Source: Lama glama (Eukaryota). Taken from it: a stretch of DNA of 64,000 bases. Each line of letters opens with the position of its first letter. Position 1 is the first letter of the stretch. A model generated the notes under the pieces. It did no database searches and was not told the DNA's origin. It saw only the letters and a list, made by a program, of their open reading frames with translations. Below are positions 62,243-64,000 of the stretch, one piece after another. Made by a program: the position numbers and the translations under genes. Location of the stretch: NCBI GenBank assembly GCA_028534125.1, contig CM052818.1, forward strand, positions 41,418,001-41,482,000, given 5' to 3'.

Positions 62243-64000
62243 TGTGTGCACAGGTGGCTTTTGTTCTGAATGGAGGACATAGAATTGTTGGCACAGAGAG
62301 GGGAGGAAGCCATGGGTGACCAAAACCCAGACCAAAGAGTGGATCATTCAACATGAGATCTGACATGACCAGAGAACACTAACCCGATTCCCTAGTCAAG
62401 TGCCCATGATCTTAAGCACCACTGTGTGGCAACAGCCGGGAGTCAAGAGTTCTTCTAACTCACTCCTTGGGTGGCCTAAGGAAAGTTACCTCTAACGTAG
62501 GATAACATTTACATGTCCAAGAGGGCAGAGAACAGTCAAGGCGGTTAGCTGGACTGGGGAGGACCCCCAGATGCCCACAGATTGTCGAGTATTTCATGTC
62601 AGTTTCTGGGGATTTAGAGGCATATCAAGGTTTGCTTGTTTGGGCATTGCTTCATATCAACATTGCCAAGGGAGAGGTTAAAAACTGCCAGAAAACCAAA
62701 AAGGATTGTTGGGCTGGTGACATGGAATGCCCAGAAGATAGGAAGTTTTTCCAAAAGAAAGACTGTGAAATACACATGGAGGTGAGGAATGGAATACAGT
62801 TATCCACGTGAGATTAGTAAAATGGGACCAAGGCATTATAGAGAAGGCAGTCCTGCTCCATAATTTAAAAGCACAAGAGATCCAACAATGAACCCCAGGA
62901 GAGCACTTGACTTAGGAGACGAGCAAGGGCACTAAGGAGATTTTACCAATGGGGAGAGGAGAGTGGAAGGAACTTGATAAGAACAGAAATGCTTCATATA
63001 TCATGTCCTTTTTGCAGAATAATTTCAACATTAAATGGATTTCCAAGATACTAAAAATAATTGAATTTATATAAGAAAATATTTAGTCTGAAAAGGCACC
63101 GGTTCTCAGTCATCTTTGAAATCCTTGTGTATTCTGAGGCGGTTCCACTAACAGTTTTCTTGGGATGAAGCAGCTATCTGTTCACCAACTCTCAAAAGCT
63201 CAAGGGGCGTCTGTTTTGCACATGTAACCACCTTTCTCAGGACATAAATGAACCACAAATATCAAGGCCAGAATAGACCTGAGACCACCTATGGCCCAAA
63301 TAAGGGAAAGAAAGTCAACCCAGGACATCCTTAATTTGGACACGGGCAAATGTAATTCCTGAACAGAACGTCTAAAAGAGAATTGCATTGCATTTTCATT
63401 TGCCTGTAGAGTGAGGGGACATCCAGTATTGAAATCTGCTCTCTCATTTCTAGCTGTCTGTGAGATCTGACCTGGGGTTGGTAAACCTGGTCAATAGGAG
63501 GGATCTGTTTGTCACGTATCTCCTGCACAGAGAGATCTCAGGCTCTCTTTAAGGCAGTGGATGCCCTAACCCTTTAAGAGACCGGTATTCCATCATTTTC
63601 CACTTAAAGAGACTTTGGGATACCCTCTCACAACCCTGCCTTCCCATTGGACCCCCTTCTCCTTCCTCCTCTGAGGTCATCCTAGAAGATGGATTTCACA
63701 CTGACAAGCACTGTGACCACAGAACGGAAGCTGTCTCTGCCGGAGATCTCAGTGTGGAGAGAGTTGGCCCTCGGGCCCACACTCAACATTTCTTGACTTC
63801 AGTTTTGCAGGTTCCTAATCTCTTCCTCAAGCTTCTAAGAGTCCTGGGCTCTAACCGCCGCCCTGGCATGCACTTACAGTGAGGGATCCTGGGCTGTTTC
63901 TCTCTCTTGGCCGTGATTTCTCCATCTGAGTTTGAAGGAATCTTATTTGACGCTGTATTTGAAAGCAGCAAGCCAAGTTCAAGTGCAAGGATTTAATATT

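Noticed and set aside
63200..63372. Minus-strand acceptor-like ttctcttttag followed by an open frame
   Set aside because: No strong matching donor and no recognisable peptide.
1..64000. CRISPR arrays, tRNA/rRNA/snRNA genes, operon-like systems
   Set aside because: None seen. The DNA is mammalian intronic/intergenic, and tRNA-like segments are MIR heads.

Overview
This is mammalian, essentially non-coding genomic DNA with two 500-N scaffold gaps (10042-10541, 46685-47184). The repeat content points to a cetartiodactyl, most likely a camelid: artiodactyl-type L1 3' ends, a Tigger1 deletion derivative, many old MIR/L2/MER/MLT copies and no recognisable young lineage SINE. I found no credible protein-coding exon. 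The main structure is the 5' end of a minus-strand gene with two apparent alternative non-coding first exons. One is a short, AUG-free exon in a CpG island with four GC boxes (about 42505-42408, donor GGG|GTAAGC). The other, about 27 kb downstream, is a ~557-nt exon behind a (GT)-rich tract (about 15628-15072, donor CAG|GTACTT). From memory of the human locus this resembles PRICKLE2, with the first coding exon beyond the left edge; this is unverified and needs BLAST. The most interesting signals are: 14 upstream AUGs in the long exon, including two back-to-back uORFs (73 and 69 aa) joined by an overlapping ATGA stop/start; a possible spliced divergent transcript from the CpG island; two RFX X-boxes flanking the promoter; and a compact EBF-(ACGT x4)-EBF cassette. 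I cannot support a claim of a wholly new biological system. The findings are testable regulatory hypotheses. Repeat family names come from recalled consensus sequences and their boundaries are approximate.
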